From positions 1 to 51,905 of the IMG/VR virus record IMGVR_UViG_3300049026_000006: a stretch of 51,905 nucleotides of DNA; one strand, 5' to 3'. The notes under the pieces were generated by a model that had not been told where the DNA came from, ran no database searches, and worked only from the letters and a program-made list of their open reading frames with translations. Shown here in pieces: positions 39,628-49,310 of this stretch. The DNA comes from a virus. Taxonomy: Duplodnaviria > Caudoviricetes. A program made the position numbers and the translations under genes. How positions within the stretch are numbered: the first letter of the stretch is position 1; the number at the start of each line of letters is the position of its first letter.

Positions 39628-39853
39628 GTCACGCAAAAGTCACGCGCATGAAAAAGGCCAATGCTTTGAACACTGGCCTAAGTCATTGAAAAATATGGTC
39701 GGGACGGAGTGATTCGAACACTCGACCCCTAGCACCCCATGCACGCAGTAACTTAGCAAGACATTGTAAATAGGCCGTTTTTACTGGCGCTCGCTGCAAC
39801 CGAATGCCCACCAGTGCTTATAGATGCGTGAGAAAGTCACGCAAATGTCACGC
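39628..39853. other. attP with arm-type sites and an IHF-like site
   Basis: GTCACGC-AAA(A/T)-GTCACGC tandem pairs at 39628..39645 and 39836..39853 flank the core; IHF-like TTTCAATGACTTA on the minus strand at 39680..39692. Confidence 0.8.
39696..39742 (-). other. attP core: 3' half of tRNA-Pro(GGG), not a complete tRNA
   Basis: GCATGGGGTGCTAGGGGTCGAGTGTTCGAATCACTCCGTCCCGACCA: anticodon loop, T arm and CCA present; 5' half absent. Confidence 0.9.
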
Positions 39854-39940
39854 TACCCTCCTCCGGCGTCCTGCCGACCGAACACAATCCAAATCCTACA
39901 GCTCGTCGCTTCACCCTCGCCCAGGCAACCTCGCCTCGAT

Positions 39941-39960
39941 TACTGTACATCCAAACAGTA
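39941..39960 (+). promoter_or_regulatory. LexA (SOS) box
   Basis: TACTGTACATCCAAACAGTA matches TACTG-N10-CAGTA. Confidence 0.85.
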
Positions 39961-39981
39961 TCCAGCAAGCGATCCCCCATC

Positions 39982-40722
39982 ATGAACTTTGAACAAGCCA
40001 AAGCGCTTCGGCTTCAGCTATGGCAAAAAAACCTCGACGACCACGATTTTCGAATGCGGAACCCGGAAGCGCATCGCTCAAGCCTTCTTGAATCCTCCGC
40101 CAAGCTCGCCGAGGAAAAGCTGATTGATCGAATGGAACAGTTCGCCATGGATGAAATGGCGAATGCCGCGTACTGGCACGCCGTGGAGGAACTACAATCG
40201 AACCCGACAATTTTCCGGCCCTCATATGGTTATGACGTCTTCCCCCGGGACGGCGGGCCAAGGATCGGGACGATTTTCCATTCTGTTCTACGCCTGGATG
40301 CAAGCAGCGCCGATTCACTCCGCCCCTATGACGGGAAGGTTTACCGGGACGAGACTGGGCTGGTGCTGAAATACAGTTACTCGACGGAAACCGGGAGCAT
40401 CGAGGGGCTGGTCCTGACGATGGCAGACGGAAGGCAGTTCGACCTGATCGAGGCCAGGCGGATGGTGCAGGGAAAGGTGTACACAGCTATTGAGGATCCA
40501 GACGTGTATCGCTGGATGGTCGATGTCGTCCAGGTCGCTACTGAAACCCGGGACGTCGACATCGTGGAGAGAATCAGGCCCTTTCTGGAACTGGCGAGAT
40601 TCCGTCAGTGCTCGACGTGCCTAGACCGTTTTGGCAAACGAGAGGATTGCACTGCATGCAACGGCCAGGGTTTCGTCCCCAAGCTCTTGAGCCGTAGCTA
40701 TCTTCATAATTCAGAGGGCTGA
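39982..40722 (+). CDS. SOS-regulated hypothetical protein with C-terminal DnaJ-type zinc finger
   Basis: CSTC...CTACNGQG; directly downstream of the LexA box. Confidence 0.75.
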   Translation: MNFEQAKALRLQLWQKNLDDHDFRMRNPEAHRSSLLESSAKLAEEKLIDRMEQFAMDEMANAAYWHAVEELQSNPTIFRPSYGYDVFPRDGGPRIGTIFHSVLRLDASSADSLRPYDGKVYRDETGLVLKYSYSTETGSIEGLVLTMADGRQFDLIEARRMVQGKVYTAIEDPDVYRWMVDVVQVATETRDVDIVERIRPFLELARFRQCSTCLDRFGKREDCTACNGQGFVPKLLSRSYLHNSEG

Positions 40723-40724
40723 AT

Positions 40725-41417
40725 ATGTGTGGACGACTCTCGCAGTACTCCGGCATCCACGACTTCGTGGCGGCCCTGAGCATGCCCAACGCTTTGGTCA
40801 ATTCCGCCGGCGACCAGCCGCTGGAGAAGTACAACGGCGCCCCGTCGCAGCAGCTCGCGCTCTTCCACTTGGAGGATGATGTCCTACACGCCGATCTGGT
40901 GCGCTGGGGCTGGCGACCGCACTGGGCCAAGGACCGCGCAGCACCTATCAACGCCCGGGTGGAGAAAGTCGCCCACGGACCGTTCTACCGGTCGATCTGG
41001 CCGAACCGCGCCATCACACCGATCAATAACTGGTTTGAATGGGTCGACGAGGGTGGACCGAAGAAGCAGCCCTACCTGATCCGCCGGCGGGACCAGGCTC
41101 CTGTCCTGTGCGCGTCCATCGGCCAGTTCCCCACCGGTGGCCGGGAGTCTGGCGAACATGATGGCTTCGTCATCATCACCGCCGACAGCGCGGGCGGCAT
41201 GGTCGACATCCACGACCGCCGACCGGTGGTGCTGGGCGCGGACCTGGCCCGGGAATGGCTGGACCCGGCCACACCCAAGGAGCGAGCCGAGCATATAGTC
41301 CTGCATCAGGGCGAGCCGGCCGAGGCCTTCGAGTGGTTCAAGGTGGACCGCGCCGTCGGCAATGTGCGCAACCAAGGCCCCGAACTGATCAGGCCTATCG
41401 CCGACCCACTTCTTTAG
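40725..41417 (+). CDS. SOS response-associated peptidase (SRAP / YedK / HMCES family)
   Basis: N-terminal MCGR; INARVE, WFEW, IHDRRP and VGNVRN motifs. Confidence 0.95.
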   Translation: MCGRLSQYSGIHDFVAALSMPNALVNSAGDQPLEKYNGAPSQQLALFHLEDDVLHADLVRWGWRPHWAKDRAAPINARVEKVAHGPFYRSIWPNRAITPINNWFEWVDEGGPKKQPYLIRRRDQAPVLCASIGQFPTGGRESGEHDGFVIITADSAGGMVDIHDRRPVVLGADLAREWLDPATPKERAEHIVLHQGEPAEAFEWFKVDRAVGNVRNQGPELIRPIADPLL

Positions 41418-41910
41418 CGTAGGCCTGGCACGCCTGCAGCGCGATCAACCCCCGGTCGCCGGCATCGGTGATGGCGATAATTCTTTGAGCATGCGCTGGG
41501 TCAAGTTGGGCTCGACGGGCTCCATGAACCACGCCGACGGTGCCGGGGGTGGCAGGCACTCCGTTGCAACTGGCAGGGTCCTCGGCGAGGAGGACTGACA
41601 GCCGAACATCAGCAGTAGCGAGGCGATCGCGCAGGCGATCTTGATTACGTTGGGCATCGGTGAGTGCTCGGTGGTGGGTTTGGTCATCTGCGGCGAGCTG
41701 CTGCTCCAGGGCCAGACGCTTGCCCTGCTCTGCCTGAACCTGGTCCGCGGCCGCGCTGCCGATCTTGGCAAGGTCGGATAGGTGCGCATTGGTCTGATCG
41801 GCGAGCTGACCGCTATACCGCCAGTCCTGCACCTTCCACGTAGCGCTCATGGCCAGGATCAACGCCACGGCCATGCCGGCGATCAGCAGCTTCAGGCTGG
41901 CGGGGCTCAT
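41395..41910 (-). CDS. Rz: i-spanin (Rz)
   Basis: N-terminal TM, WKVQDWRY, coiled coil, LRDRLATADVRLSV, LQACQAY; ATGA-coupled to the endolysin. Confidence 0.85.
   Translation of the reverse strand: MSPASLKLLIAGMAVALILAMSATWKVQDWRYSGQLADQTNAHLSDLAKIGSAAADQVQAEQGKRLALEQQLAADDQTHHRALTDAQRNQDRLRDRLATADVRLSVLLAEDPASCNGVPATPGTVGVVHGARRAQLDPAHAQRIIAITDAGDRGLIALQACQAYAKEVGRR
41445..41657 (-). CDS. Rz1: o-spanin lipoprotein (Rz1), nested in Rz
   Basis: Lipobox LMFG-C; Pro-rich CLPPPAPSAWFM. Confidence 0.8.
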   Translation of the reverse strand: MPNVIKIACAIASLLLMFGCQSSSPRTLPVATECLPPPAPSAWFMEPVEPNLTQRMLKELSPSPMPATGG

Positions 41911-42332
41911 GGCACGTCCTTGAAGAAGATGTGGTTGCCCAGGCGGAAGGTCTGGGTTGCGTCCTTGGCCCAGGCTGGCGGCTTCGGCATCGTGGTCGCG
42001 TAGTAATGGGTCGCGCCATTGGTGATGTCGGGCTCCTGGCCGGAGATCACCAGATCGGCCGCACGCTGCGCCTGGGCGAACTGCTTCGGCGGGATCGGCT
42101 TGGCGCCGCTCAGGTAGGGATAGTTCGGATCGTTCTTGTTCCAGCAGCTGAACTGCCAGGGCTTGAGGCACACGCCGGCATAGCCCTCGCCCCACCAGGA
42201 CTTATCCTTTCCATCGTTCACGCGGTTGCGGATCACGCAGGCCACGGCCACCTGGCCGGCGAGACCTTCGCCGCGGGCCTCTCCGTAGAGCGTGCGCGCG
42301 AGGATATCGCGGTCCTTTTCGGTTGCGGTCAT
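41907..42332 (-). CDS. Endolysin, SleB/Hydrolase_2 cell wall hydrolase
   Basis: LARTLYGEARGE...VIRNRV...WQFSCWN...GATHYYA...GNHIFF. Confidence 0.92.
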   Translation of the reverse strand: MTATEKDRDILARTLYGEARGEGLAGQVAVACVIRNRVNDGKDKSWWGEGYAGVCLKPWQFSCWNKNDPNYPYLSGAKPIPPKQFAQAQRAADLVISGQEPDITNGATHYYATTMPKPPAWAKDATQTFRLGNHIFFKDVP

Positions 42333-42348
42333 AGCTTTTCTCCAGACG

Positions 42349-42374
42349 AAAAAAAGCCCCGACTGGCGGGGCTT
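42349..42374 (-). terminator. Rho-independent terminator after the lipoprotein gene
   Basis: AAGCCCCG-CCAGT-CGGGGCTT plus T tract. Confidence 0.75.
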
Positions 42375-42390
42375 CGTGTATTTGTAACGC

Positions 42391-42966
42391 TTAGCTTGCG
42401 CAAGCATCTATGTTGTCAGCGACCGCCCTAAGGGATTCAGCAACCTCTTCGGACCCTCCGCCCATCATCGTGTGAACACTGAAGTATCCAGTGTTAGCTG
42501 CGGAGCCTGTACTTAATTGCGCCTGCTGGATTTCAGAAAACTTGTACTCCACCCCTCCAGACGAGGCTGGCTGTATGCTCAGCGTGTACCTAACGGACCG
42601 ATCAACCATTGCGCTTGTGTATCCAGTCGCGCCTTTTGCAACGAGCTTTGTCTGATCCGGCGAAATGTACTGAATAACACTGCCACCGCCGACATGGGAG
42701 GTGGACCCTGCGCGGTAATAGGCGCCGGTGTATGCACCAGTAAAGCTCCCCGAAGAATCGCCAAGCGTAACACCGTCGTTTTTAACACTGCTCGCTACGC
42801 ACATTGGCAGCTTGTCACTTGACGGCTTTCCAGGCTTGGTGATGCTTAGAGATCTGATGTAGTTTCCATCCAGATCAACGTCTCCATAGCGCGACAAGTC
42901 CTTCGGCGCCATCGAGCATCCGGATACGGAAAACAATACCAGCAATGCAATTGCGTGCCTAATCAT
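42391..42966 (-). CDS. Lipoprotein moron (possible superinfection exclusion)
   Basis: Lipobox VSG-C; GGAGG RBS; own extended -10 TGGTAGATT at 42992..43000; own terminator. Confidence 0.7.
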   Translation of the reverse strand: MIRHAIALLVLFSVSGCSMAPKDLSRYGDVDLDGNYIRSLSITKPGKPSSDKLPMCVASSVKNDGVTLGDSSGSFTGAYTGAYYRAGSTSHVGGGSVIQYISPDQTKLVAKGATGYTSAMVDRSVRYTLSIQPASSGGVEYKFSEIQQAQLSTGSAANTGYFSVHTMMGGGSEEVAESLRAVADNIDACAS

Positions 42967-43093
42967 GCAAACCTCCCTATTAAATGAGGGCAATCTACCA
43001 CCATGCACGGGCAGCGTGAGCAATACCCTTTAGGATTTCCTTGCGCGCCAGAACATGCTTATTGACTGGCGGAGCTTCGATATTGTTGCTTAG

Positions 43094-44230
43094 CTACATT
43101 GGGGCGGGGGCCGCCTTGGCTGGCACCGGTCTTTTGCCTGATCCAAGCAATCGGCTCAGCAGCGTTCGACCAGGCCCCTCAACCAAATGGAATGTCAAAG
43201 CAGATGCGGCGATGGACAAGCACACCACGACTATGAACATGGGGATCCCAGCAAGGCCGGCCCAGATTTCCGAACCCGCCGCCTGCTCGGAAACGATATA
43301 CCGCATGATCACCTGATGGCTCAGGTAGAGGCTGAAGCTGATTTCTCCAAGATAGACCAAGGGCCTGAAGCTAAGCGCTTTCGACAGCGCCCCGCCGCCT
43401 GACGACAGCGTCACCAGCAGAGCGACGAGAGAGAGATAGGCGATCACCTTGGCGACGACGCTCATACTCTCGGCTAGAAGTTCAGACGCCGCAATGCCGG
43501 CGACAAACAGGAAGCCTCCCGCCAGCTCTATCAGGGTTCGATAGGCAAAGCCGCTTTTAATCCGATCACGGACGCGATCCCACGCGACCCACGCAGTCAT
43601 GCCAAGGCAGAACTCGAACGCCCTGGCGAGCGGAAACGTGTAGGTGAACGACGTGCTATGCAGTTCTTGGGCACCAGCGCGCAGAGGAAGAAGGCTGCCG
43701 ACCCAGGTCATCAGGATCAGGAGCCCGAGCGTCACAGAGAGCTTCCAAGGCCAGTTCCTCCGGATGCCAGGGAACAGCAGCGGGAAGAAGCAATACAGCA
43801 TCATTTCCGTGGATATGCTCCAGGACAAGCCATTGAACGAGAACGAGTGAGCCCGGAACGGTGACCATGCATGCAGCATCGACAGGTTCAAGCCAAGAGT
43901 CGGCCACCAGCCGAACATGCCCTCACCTACTCGAATGCCTACGCCGTTGCCGACCGGTATCAACCAGATGACCGCCAGGGTCCAAAACAGATGGGCAGGC
44001 CAAAGCCGGCTGAAACGAGCCTTCATAAAGGGGCCGAACGAAAACCCGTCCTTCGATCCATACCGATGCATCAAAATGAAACCGGACAGGATGAAAAAGA
44101 ACGAGACAGCGAAACTGAAAATGTATTGGTGGTCGATAAAGTCAAACTGGAATATCGATCGAGCATGCATCAGCAGGACCATGCCTGCGGCAAAGAAACG
44201 CAGGCTGGTCAAGGGTGTTAGGTAAATCAT
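43094..44230 (-). CDS. Acyltransferase-3 (OafA/Oac-like) membrane O-acyltransferase
   Basis: LTSLRFFAA..V..H, AVSFFFILSGF, RFSRLWP, WSISTE, LGEISFSLYLSH and LVEGP motifs; multiple TM segments. Confidence 0.92.
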   Translation of the reverse strand: MIYLTPLTSLRFFAAGMVLLMHARSIFQFDFIDHQYIFSFAVSFFFILSGFILMHRYGSKDGFSFGPFMKARFSRLWPAHLFWTLAVIWLIPVGNGVGIRVGEGMFGWWPTLGLNLSMLHAWSPFRAHSFSFNGLSWSISTEMMLYCFFPLLFPGIRRNWPWKLSVTLGLLILMTWVGSLLPLRAGAQELHSTSFTYTFPLARAFEFCLGMTAWVAWDRVRDRIKSGFAYRTLIELAGGFLFVAGIAASELLAESMSVVAKVIAYLSLVALLVTLSSGGGALSKALSFRPLVYLGEISFSLYLSHQVIMRYIVSEQAAGSEIWAGLAGIPMFIVVVCLSIAASALTFHLVEGPGRTLLSRLLGSGKRPVPAKAAPAPM

Positions 44231-44314
44231 CGGGGCTCTCCGTGCGAGCACGAATTGTACCGATGATCACTACAAATGACATCTGTTGCGCCGTTTTACT
44301 GCGTGCCGCAGGCG

Positions 44315-46225
44315 CTAGAATGCAATTGCGCTCGATGTACCATCAACAGATATCCTGTCACGGCCAGACCACAGATCCCGGTAAATGATTATCGAGCTGT
44401 TTTGAGCGACAATGTCCTCGGTTGCATTTCCGTCAAACACGCATCCATCAAGGTACATGCGCACCCCAACGCCCGTCATAGCTTCCGAACTGGCGGTAAC
44501 TCCGGTAGTTCCGTTAGCTCTGCTGGTGCACCCGGCATTGTAGGACTGAGCATCGTTTGCGTCCGCAATCCCTGGTCCCGAATTGCCGTGATAGTGACAA
44601 CCTATGCGCAACCCTCGTACCGCTTCATGAGACGTTGAGCCATTGCCGGTTATGACACCACGGTTTTCCGTGCCGATACAGTCAACTTCGATGTAGTGTG
44701 GATCGAGCGTGCCTACTCCATCAGGTCCGTGGTAGTTAAATCCATCGTTTCCGTTTCGTGACGCGCGACACCTCACGGCAATCGAGAGGCCCATATTTTT
44801 CATTTGCCAACCGTCGCCCGTGAGCTGCCCACAGCAACCGATATTTTCTCCAAAAACGATGGTGTTACCGTTGCCGCCGCGAACAGAAAACGCGCCAGCA
44901 TTGCCGCCTATATAATTGATATTGGCGTGATGAAACTTTTTGTCTATGCCAGTTACCCGCATAGGAGCTGTCTGGTAATAAAATACAGAGGCCCCATTGG
45001 GCGCAGCTAGATCCGGCATAGAAATAAATAGTTCCGTCGCACTACGGAACCACGATCCCGGAACCGAACCGACACCCGCAACATCTGGCGCAGGAAGTAG
45101 CGTGAGAGGGTTGCCAGAACTATCTTGGTAATCCAGGGCCACCACGCCCGTTAATGCTGAGTCGGTGTTTCCCTGTTTATAAACCCCCGGCGTACCTGTT
45201 GCGCTCCATGTTGGGGAGGTATTAGCCACCGGGCCCGATATAAAGTTAACTTGACCGCCAACGCCTTGGATAGAAATACTTCGAGTTCCGACATACGTGC
45301 CTATGTGCTGAGCAGCGAAGTAATTCCCAGTCGATACGAAAATCACATCTACATCGGTTTTCTGGGACGCTACCGCAACGGTAGCCAGGGCGGTGGCCCA
45401 GGAGGTGCCCGCCGCTGCATCACTGCCGCCACGAGCCGCCGGCTTAACGAAATAGGCCTTAAGGTTCATCGCGGCGTAGTTATCAGGCGTAGCAAAAGCG
45501 CCGGGCGGCTTGTATTTATCCAGACTACTGATCAGCACAGCGTTGCCAGACCCGTCTTTTCTAAACCAGATAGTGCCGAAGCGAGTGTTGAAATCAGAAG
45601 GCGTGGAATAGATGCCTGACCTGCCTACAGAGCCAAGGTTCTTTGTGGCCAGTTTCAGGGTTGTGCCCAGGTTTCCGCCGCGGGTTCCTTCTGCAAAGTT
45701 CTGCGAATCTGCGATCGCAGTGGTAAGTGTCGAAATTGCGTCAAGTATGGCCTGGTTCAGCCGCTTCAGTTCAAAACCAACGGTGGCTGCCGCGTAGGCG
45801 TTATCGGAATCGAACCCGATCATCCCTGATCCAGTCGACAAGGCCAGCGCCTGTCTTACTGCGGCATCCCCGATAGCCTGAAGCTTCGGCGCATCCGTCG
45901 CCCAGGTGCCAGTGAGCGTCAGCGGAATGTCCGCCGCATTCATGACCCGGTAGAGCTCGCCGTCGCGCTGGATGGCCTGGGTCTGCCGTTGAACGACCAC
46001 GCCAGCGCCATAGACCAGATAGACCGATTCATACCCCTGGGCAATCAGGTAGTCGGTTACCTGCTGCATAAGCCCAGCCCAGGTCTTAAGCACTTTCCCG
46101 AGGCGGCCCGGCCACGTCAGATCCGAACTGTTTACGAGCTTATCCGCAATCTGGGCGTTATCGATAAGGTCGCGCGGATCATCAGAGCCAAAGGGCTCTA
46201 CTGGATTACCGGTATTGTTAGCCAT
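44315..46225 (-). CDS. Tailspike / receptor-binding protein with beta-helix (pectin-lyase-like) C-terminus
   Basis: NTGNPV...DPRDL.DNA anchor N-terminus; C-terminal NGNDGFNYH, NSGPGI and FDGNA repeats. Confidence 0.8.
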   Translation of the reverse strand: MANNTGNPVEPFGSDDPRDLIDNAQIADKLVNSSDLTWPGRLGKVLKTWAGLMQQVTDYLIAQGYESVYLVYGAGVVVQRQTQAIQRDGELYRVMNAADIPLTLTGTWATDAPKLQAIGDAAVRQALALSTGSGMIGFDSDNAYAAATVGFELKRLNQAILDAISTLTTAIADSQNFAEGTRGGNLGTTLKLATKNLGSVGRSGIYSTPSDFNTRFGTIWFRKDGSGNAVLISSLDKYKPPGAFATPDNYAAMNLKAYFVKPAARGGSDAAAGTSWATALATVAVASQKTDVDVIFVSTGNYFAAQHIGTYVGTRSISIQGVGGQVNFISGPVANTSPTWSATGTPGVYKQGNTDSALTGVVALDYQDSSGNPLTLLPAPDVAGVGSVPGSWFRSATELFISMPDLAAPNGASVFYYQTAPMRVTGIDKKFHHANINYIGGNAGAFSVRGGNGNTIVFGENIGCCGQLTGDGWQMKNMGLSIAVRCRASRNGNDGFNYHGPDGVGTLDPHYIEVDCIGTENRGVITGNGSTSHEAVRGLRIGCHYHGNSGPGIADANDAQSYNAGCTSRANGTTGVTASSEAMTGVGVRMYLDGCVFDGNATEDIVAQNSSIIIYRDLWSGRDRISVDGTSSAIAF

Positions 46226-46241
46226 GGCTTTCCCTTAGGCG

Positions 46242-46266
46242 AAAAAAAGCCCGCTCAGTGGCGGGC
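46242..46266 (-). terminator. Terminator upstream of the tailspike gene
   Basis: GCCCGC-N6-GCGGGC plus T7. Confidence 0.7.
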
Positions 46267-46283
46267 CTTGGAAGGTTTTATTT

Positions 46284-49200
46284 CTATGCCGTGATGGGCG
46301 GTTGGTTGTCGTCGTCTGCGTAGAACACAGGTGAGTATTCGGTGGCGGTTACCGCACAGGATCCATCTTGATTCGGCGTAATTTCCGTGAGCATGGCGGA
46401 GTAACCGACCTGCTCGCTCGGACCGAACAAGAAGCGCGCCGGCTCGATGCTGAGGTCCGTGACAATGTCGAAATCAATGGCCGTTGTCGGAACCAGCACC
46501 TGGTGGAAGCCAGCGTCCTCCGGCGTGAACAGGCTGGTTACCGTGCCATCGTGGCGCCTGATCACGGCTCGCGGTTCTGTAACGGACCAGTCCATTTGCT
46601 CACTGAGGGTGAGCAGGTATTTCCCGGATACTGACTGCACCTCCATGATCAACGCGCTGGTGGTGGTGTTTGGAATGTCATCAGCCAGGATGATGTGGTC
46701 GATATCATCAAACACCAGAGCATCCATCTCGGTATCCACCGTGTAGCCCCAGCGCGAGTATTGGTACTTGCGCAACTGACGCATCCCAATGCGCCAGGCC
46801 CGGGTCCTGTCGGTAACCCCGTCGAGCTGGATTTTCTCGACCTTCAGCTCCAGGCTACCGGGCAGCCGGCACGGAACCGTCTCCTTGCGGCGCGTGAATT
46901 GATCGATGTACTGGACGTCAACACCGTCAAAATCATCAGGGCTTGGAGCCGTGAAGCTTGCGGTGAGATCGCTCGTCATCTCATGAGGAGTTATGACCCC
47001 GCGAGGAGGCTGGATTCCTTCACGCTTAACGCTGAGAAGACCATTCCCGCTCGACAGATGCGACATGCCGGCTGCAAATATCCCTTGAAGCACTTCGCGC
47101 AGCGGTATGGCTTTTTCATGTGCCATATCGTAGAGCTCGCCGCGCGGCGTCCAATAGTCCTGGTCAACAGAATCAATGGCGTCCATGTCCAGCAGGGATT
47201 CGTCAATCCCAAAGCCCTGGCAAACATGCATGGTCGCCCCCTTGATAGAGCGCATGGGCGCGCTATCGTATATCCGTGTCGGGACGCAGCTGATCTGTCT
47301 TTCAGACTGAGCGCTAAGACGATCACCGCCACGAATTTCCATGGTCATGGTGGTGAGGCCTTCATATACAGGGACGTCGCCAAGCCTGGTTCTAAGGCCG
47401 AACCACTGGATTGCGTCCCTCCAGGTTCCGCCAGCAACAGGCTGGGTTCTGCGCATTTGGAACTCAGGACGCAGCGGGTAGGGAAATGCGACGTTGTGGG
47501 TGAAGCCGATCTGGTCAGGGGTGGCTTCCACGTAGGTGTTGGTTATTGTTGTCCAATCCCCCCCTAGCGCAGCGTCCCTCCAGCGAACCTCTATCGATTT
47601 TTTGGCATATTTTATGTTGCCTTTTTTGCTGTAGTGGCAAAGCCCCTGACTGAAGAAAACATCATATTCGGCTTCCGTGGCCAGTTCGTTTTCAGGACAG
47701 CCCATGAACGATCCAATCCAGTTCCCTGCCCCGCCACTTCCTGTGAGGGAGAAGTCGAGCAGAGTCCTGGCTGTGAATCCGCCCCACCCCGCATCAACTG
47801 CGCCCGCGTCGGTGAGCCGCTGAACCGTTGCGGTCAGACCGCTGATGGAGATCAGGTTGTAACGAAACCCGCGGTAACCGATCGCCAAGCGTTGTTGGCC
47901 TGGATCAAGCCCGGTGAACGGCGAGCCACCCTCGAAATTGAGGGTGATGTATGCAGCCTGTTCAGCGGTTCCTCCGCTCGATGCGGTCCCGACAATGTAT
48001 GTCGGGGCCACGCCAAAAATCGGCACAGGGGCGCTGGTTTGCGAGATCGTCCCGCCCTTGTATGGGCTGGATGGCTCAATCAGTCGGATGCGCCCTGAGT
48101 TGTCCTGCGCCACCAGGCCGCTGCCCGAAAGCTGCCCGGTGATAACGGACACCAGGCCACTCATGTTGACGTAGTCTGCGTTGAGCGAAACTGTTTTGGT
48201 AACTCCCTGGAAGGTAACGGACCACACCACGGCGCTCGATGTGAAGTTGTAGGTTGATGGCGATGCGCTCGCCGTCACCGAGGACGGCCCACCACCTACG
48301 CCTGGAATTGGCGCCACGTAAGGCGAATAGCTCGCGATAATCAGGTCGAGATCGGTGTCACTGCTGAGAGAGACCTTCATGCCTACAAAGGGCTGGAGAT
48401 CCGCCAGCGCACCAGCGATACGGCTGTACCCGCCGGACGAGGAAACGGTGTAGGTGTCTGGCGTTACCAGCGTTAGTGCGGTACCGGCAACCCAGTGCTC
48501 TGGGAATTGCGGAGAACTGCCAAGCAGCGACACGGTGGCGCCGTTTACCAGCATCGAGTCCGCCAACGCCGCGGAATCGCTTGGCGCCGTACTGGCAAGG
48601 TCAAGGCCGGCGGTCCCGGCATTGGTACCGCCCACCGAAGGCACGGGATACCAATTCTCTGATCTTGCATCGGCGGCGAGCGATGCCCCCGGTTCATATA
48701 CCGCATAACTGATGTCTGATCCGAACGCCGCAAAAGGCGTGTCCCCGACCTTGAAGCTGCTGGGCGGAATAGAATGTGACCCCCTTCCAATGCCCATGCA
48801 CATCGTTGTGACCATGGTTCGCTTGTTCACAAACCGGGAAATTGGATGGGTCAGAAGGTCGGGATAGACCTTGGCCTCACCCAGGATCTCGCGGATCGGC
48901 GAGTTGAGTTTTGCCCGGTTGCCTGTAGCCGTGGCTGTATCAAGGTCGTCTCCCTGTTGCTGGCTGCCAGCTTTCCCGGCCTTGGGCATGGTCAGTACAA
49001 TGATGACCGAGATAACGGCGAGAGCCACTGCCGCCCATGCGGCATAAGCCGCGGCGGTACCGGCAACACCTGCTACAGGGAATATTTGCACCAGGTCATC
49101 GGGCCCGACTACAGCACTTTCCCACTGATTCACCGGCACGGTAACGCCATTGATCTCTATGCAGATAATGTGATCTGCACTGATATCAAAACCCTTGACG

Positions 49201-49310
49201 TTTCTCCTGAGCCAGCCCGCCATGGTTGTTGGCTCTGCAACTTCGTGGATTTCAAGCGGAATGCTTTCCCCTTCTTTCACGCCAAGCCTGGATGGATATA
49301 TCTCAATCAC
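46284..49310 (-). CDS. Tail tip / host specificity (J-like, with N-terminal ubiquitin-like) protein
   Basis: 1008 aa; NRAKLNSPIREILG..KVYPD and DDFDGVDVQYID motifs; follows the NlpC/P60 gene. Confidence 0.8.
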   Translation of the reverse strand: MIEIYPSRLGVKEGESIPLEIHEVAEPTTMAGWLRRNVKGFDISADHIICIEINGVTVPVNQWESAVVGPDDLVQIFPVAGVAGTAAAYAAWAAVALAVISVIIVLTMPKAGKAGSQQQGDDLDTATATGNRAKLNSPIREILGEAKVYPDLLTHPISRFVNKRTMVTTMCMGIGRGSHSIPPSSFKVGDTPFAAFGSDISYAVYEPGASLAADARSENWYPVPSVGGTNAGTAGLDLASTAPSDSAALADSMLVNGATVSLLGSSPQFPEHWVAGTALTLVTPDTYTVSSSGGYSRIAGALADLQPFVGMKVSLSSDTDLDLIIASYSPYVAPIPGVGGGPSSVTASASPSTYNFTSSAVVWSVTFQGVTKTVSLNADYVNMSGLVSVITGQLSGSGLVAQDNSGRIRLIEPSSPYKGGTISQTSAPVPIFGVAPTYIVGTASSGGTAEQAAYITLNFEGGSPFTGLDPGQQRLAIGYRGFRYNLISISGLTATVQRLTDAGAVDAGWGGFTARTLLDFSLTGSGGAGNWIGSFMGCPENELATEAEYDVFFSQGLCHYSKKGNIKYAKKSIEVRWRDAALGGDWTTITNTYVEATPDQIGFTHNVAFPYPLRPEFQMRRTQPVAGGTWRDAIQWFGLRTRLGDVPVYEGLTTMTMEIRGGDRLSAQSERQISCVPTRIYDSAPMRSIKGATMHVCQGFGIDESLLDMDAIDSVDQDYWTPRGELYDMAHEKAIPLREVLQGIFAAGMSHLSSGNGLLSVKREGIQPPRGVITPHEMTSDLTASFTAPSPDDFDGVDVQYIDQFTRRKETVPCRLPGSLELKVEKIQLDGVTDRTRAWRIGMRQLRKYQYSRWGYTVDTEMDALVFDDIDHIILADDIPNTTTSALIMEVQSVSGKYLLTLSEQMDWSVTEPRAVIRRHDGTVTSLFTPEDAGFHQVLVPTTAIDFDIVTDLSIEPARFLFGPSEQVGYSAMLTEITPNQDGSCAVTATEYSPVFYADDDNQPPITA

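Noticed and set aside
39696-39742. Apparent tRNA gene
   Set aside because: Only the 3' half is present; it is the attP core, not a functional tRNA.
41395-42195. 266-aa version of Rz, and other extended starts in the ORF track
   Set aside because: Upstream extensions overlap neighbouring genes; starts were reassigned to RBS-supported or ATGA-coupled codons.
44277-44310. Possible fourth copy of the 36-bp palindrome (TGACAT-N20-GTGCCGCA)
   Set aside because: Several arm mismatches and no inner AAA symmetry; it overlaps a candidate -35 and may be chance.
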